Positions 63,876 to 63,907 of a DNA stretch of 63,907 bases are shown piece after piece (position 1 is the stretch's first letter; every line of letters starts with the position of its first letter). The notes below the pieces were generated by a model that saw only the letters and a program-made list of their open reading frames with translations, searched no databases and was not told where the DNA came from. The stretch spans positions 1 through 63,907 of the IMG/VR virus record IMGVR_UViG_3300021598_000858; one strand, 5' to 3'. The position numbers were made by a program, and so were the translations under genes. Source of the stretch: a virus (taxonomy: Duplodnaviria > Caudoviricetes).

Positions 63876-63907
63876 CAGAGCTTCTATGTTTGCTCTGCTA
63901 GTTGCGC

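Overview
A ~64 kb piece of a large tailed dsDNA phage. The host is very probably an actinobacterium: it encodes a WhiB regulator, actinobacterial-type small Zn-finger proteins and DnaA/WhiA-like sites. A low-GC freshwater lineage is my inference. There are three blocks. (1) 1-21.6 kb, minus strand: portal, terminase, lysis genes, tail/fibre genes beside a 2OG-Fe(II) oxygenase + GT60 glycosyltransferase + Hint-domain cluster, a large secreted protein and many small ORFs. (2) 21.8-33.8 kb: a plus-strand island of early/accessory genes. Its first 6 kb is an array of self-contained modules, each reading terminator, long hairpin with fixed TGTTTGTGTTGG...CCAACACAAAC ends and a variable core, perfect DnaA box TGTGGATAA, N13, GTTAT-N6-GTTAT repeat, promoter, 5' hairpin, gene(s). 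This is the most unusual structure in the window. (3) 33.9-63.9 kb, minus strand: class II (B12) ribonucleotide reductase with a putative B12-binding protein, nucleotidyltransferase, Hsp20, SpoVS, proteasome-beta-like peptidase, recombination genes, WhiB, PolA, SSB, PduO wedged between tRNAs, SNF2 helicase, primase, DnaB, DnaC-like loader and a putative initiator. No integrase, major capsid gene, CRISPR array or rRNA was recognised. Several small lesions (TerL frameshift, a 5-bp duplication, a missing start codon) may be assembly errors. All product calls come from motif recognition by eye, not database searches.
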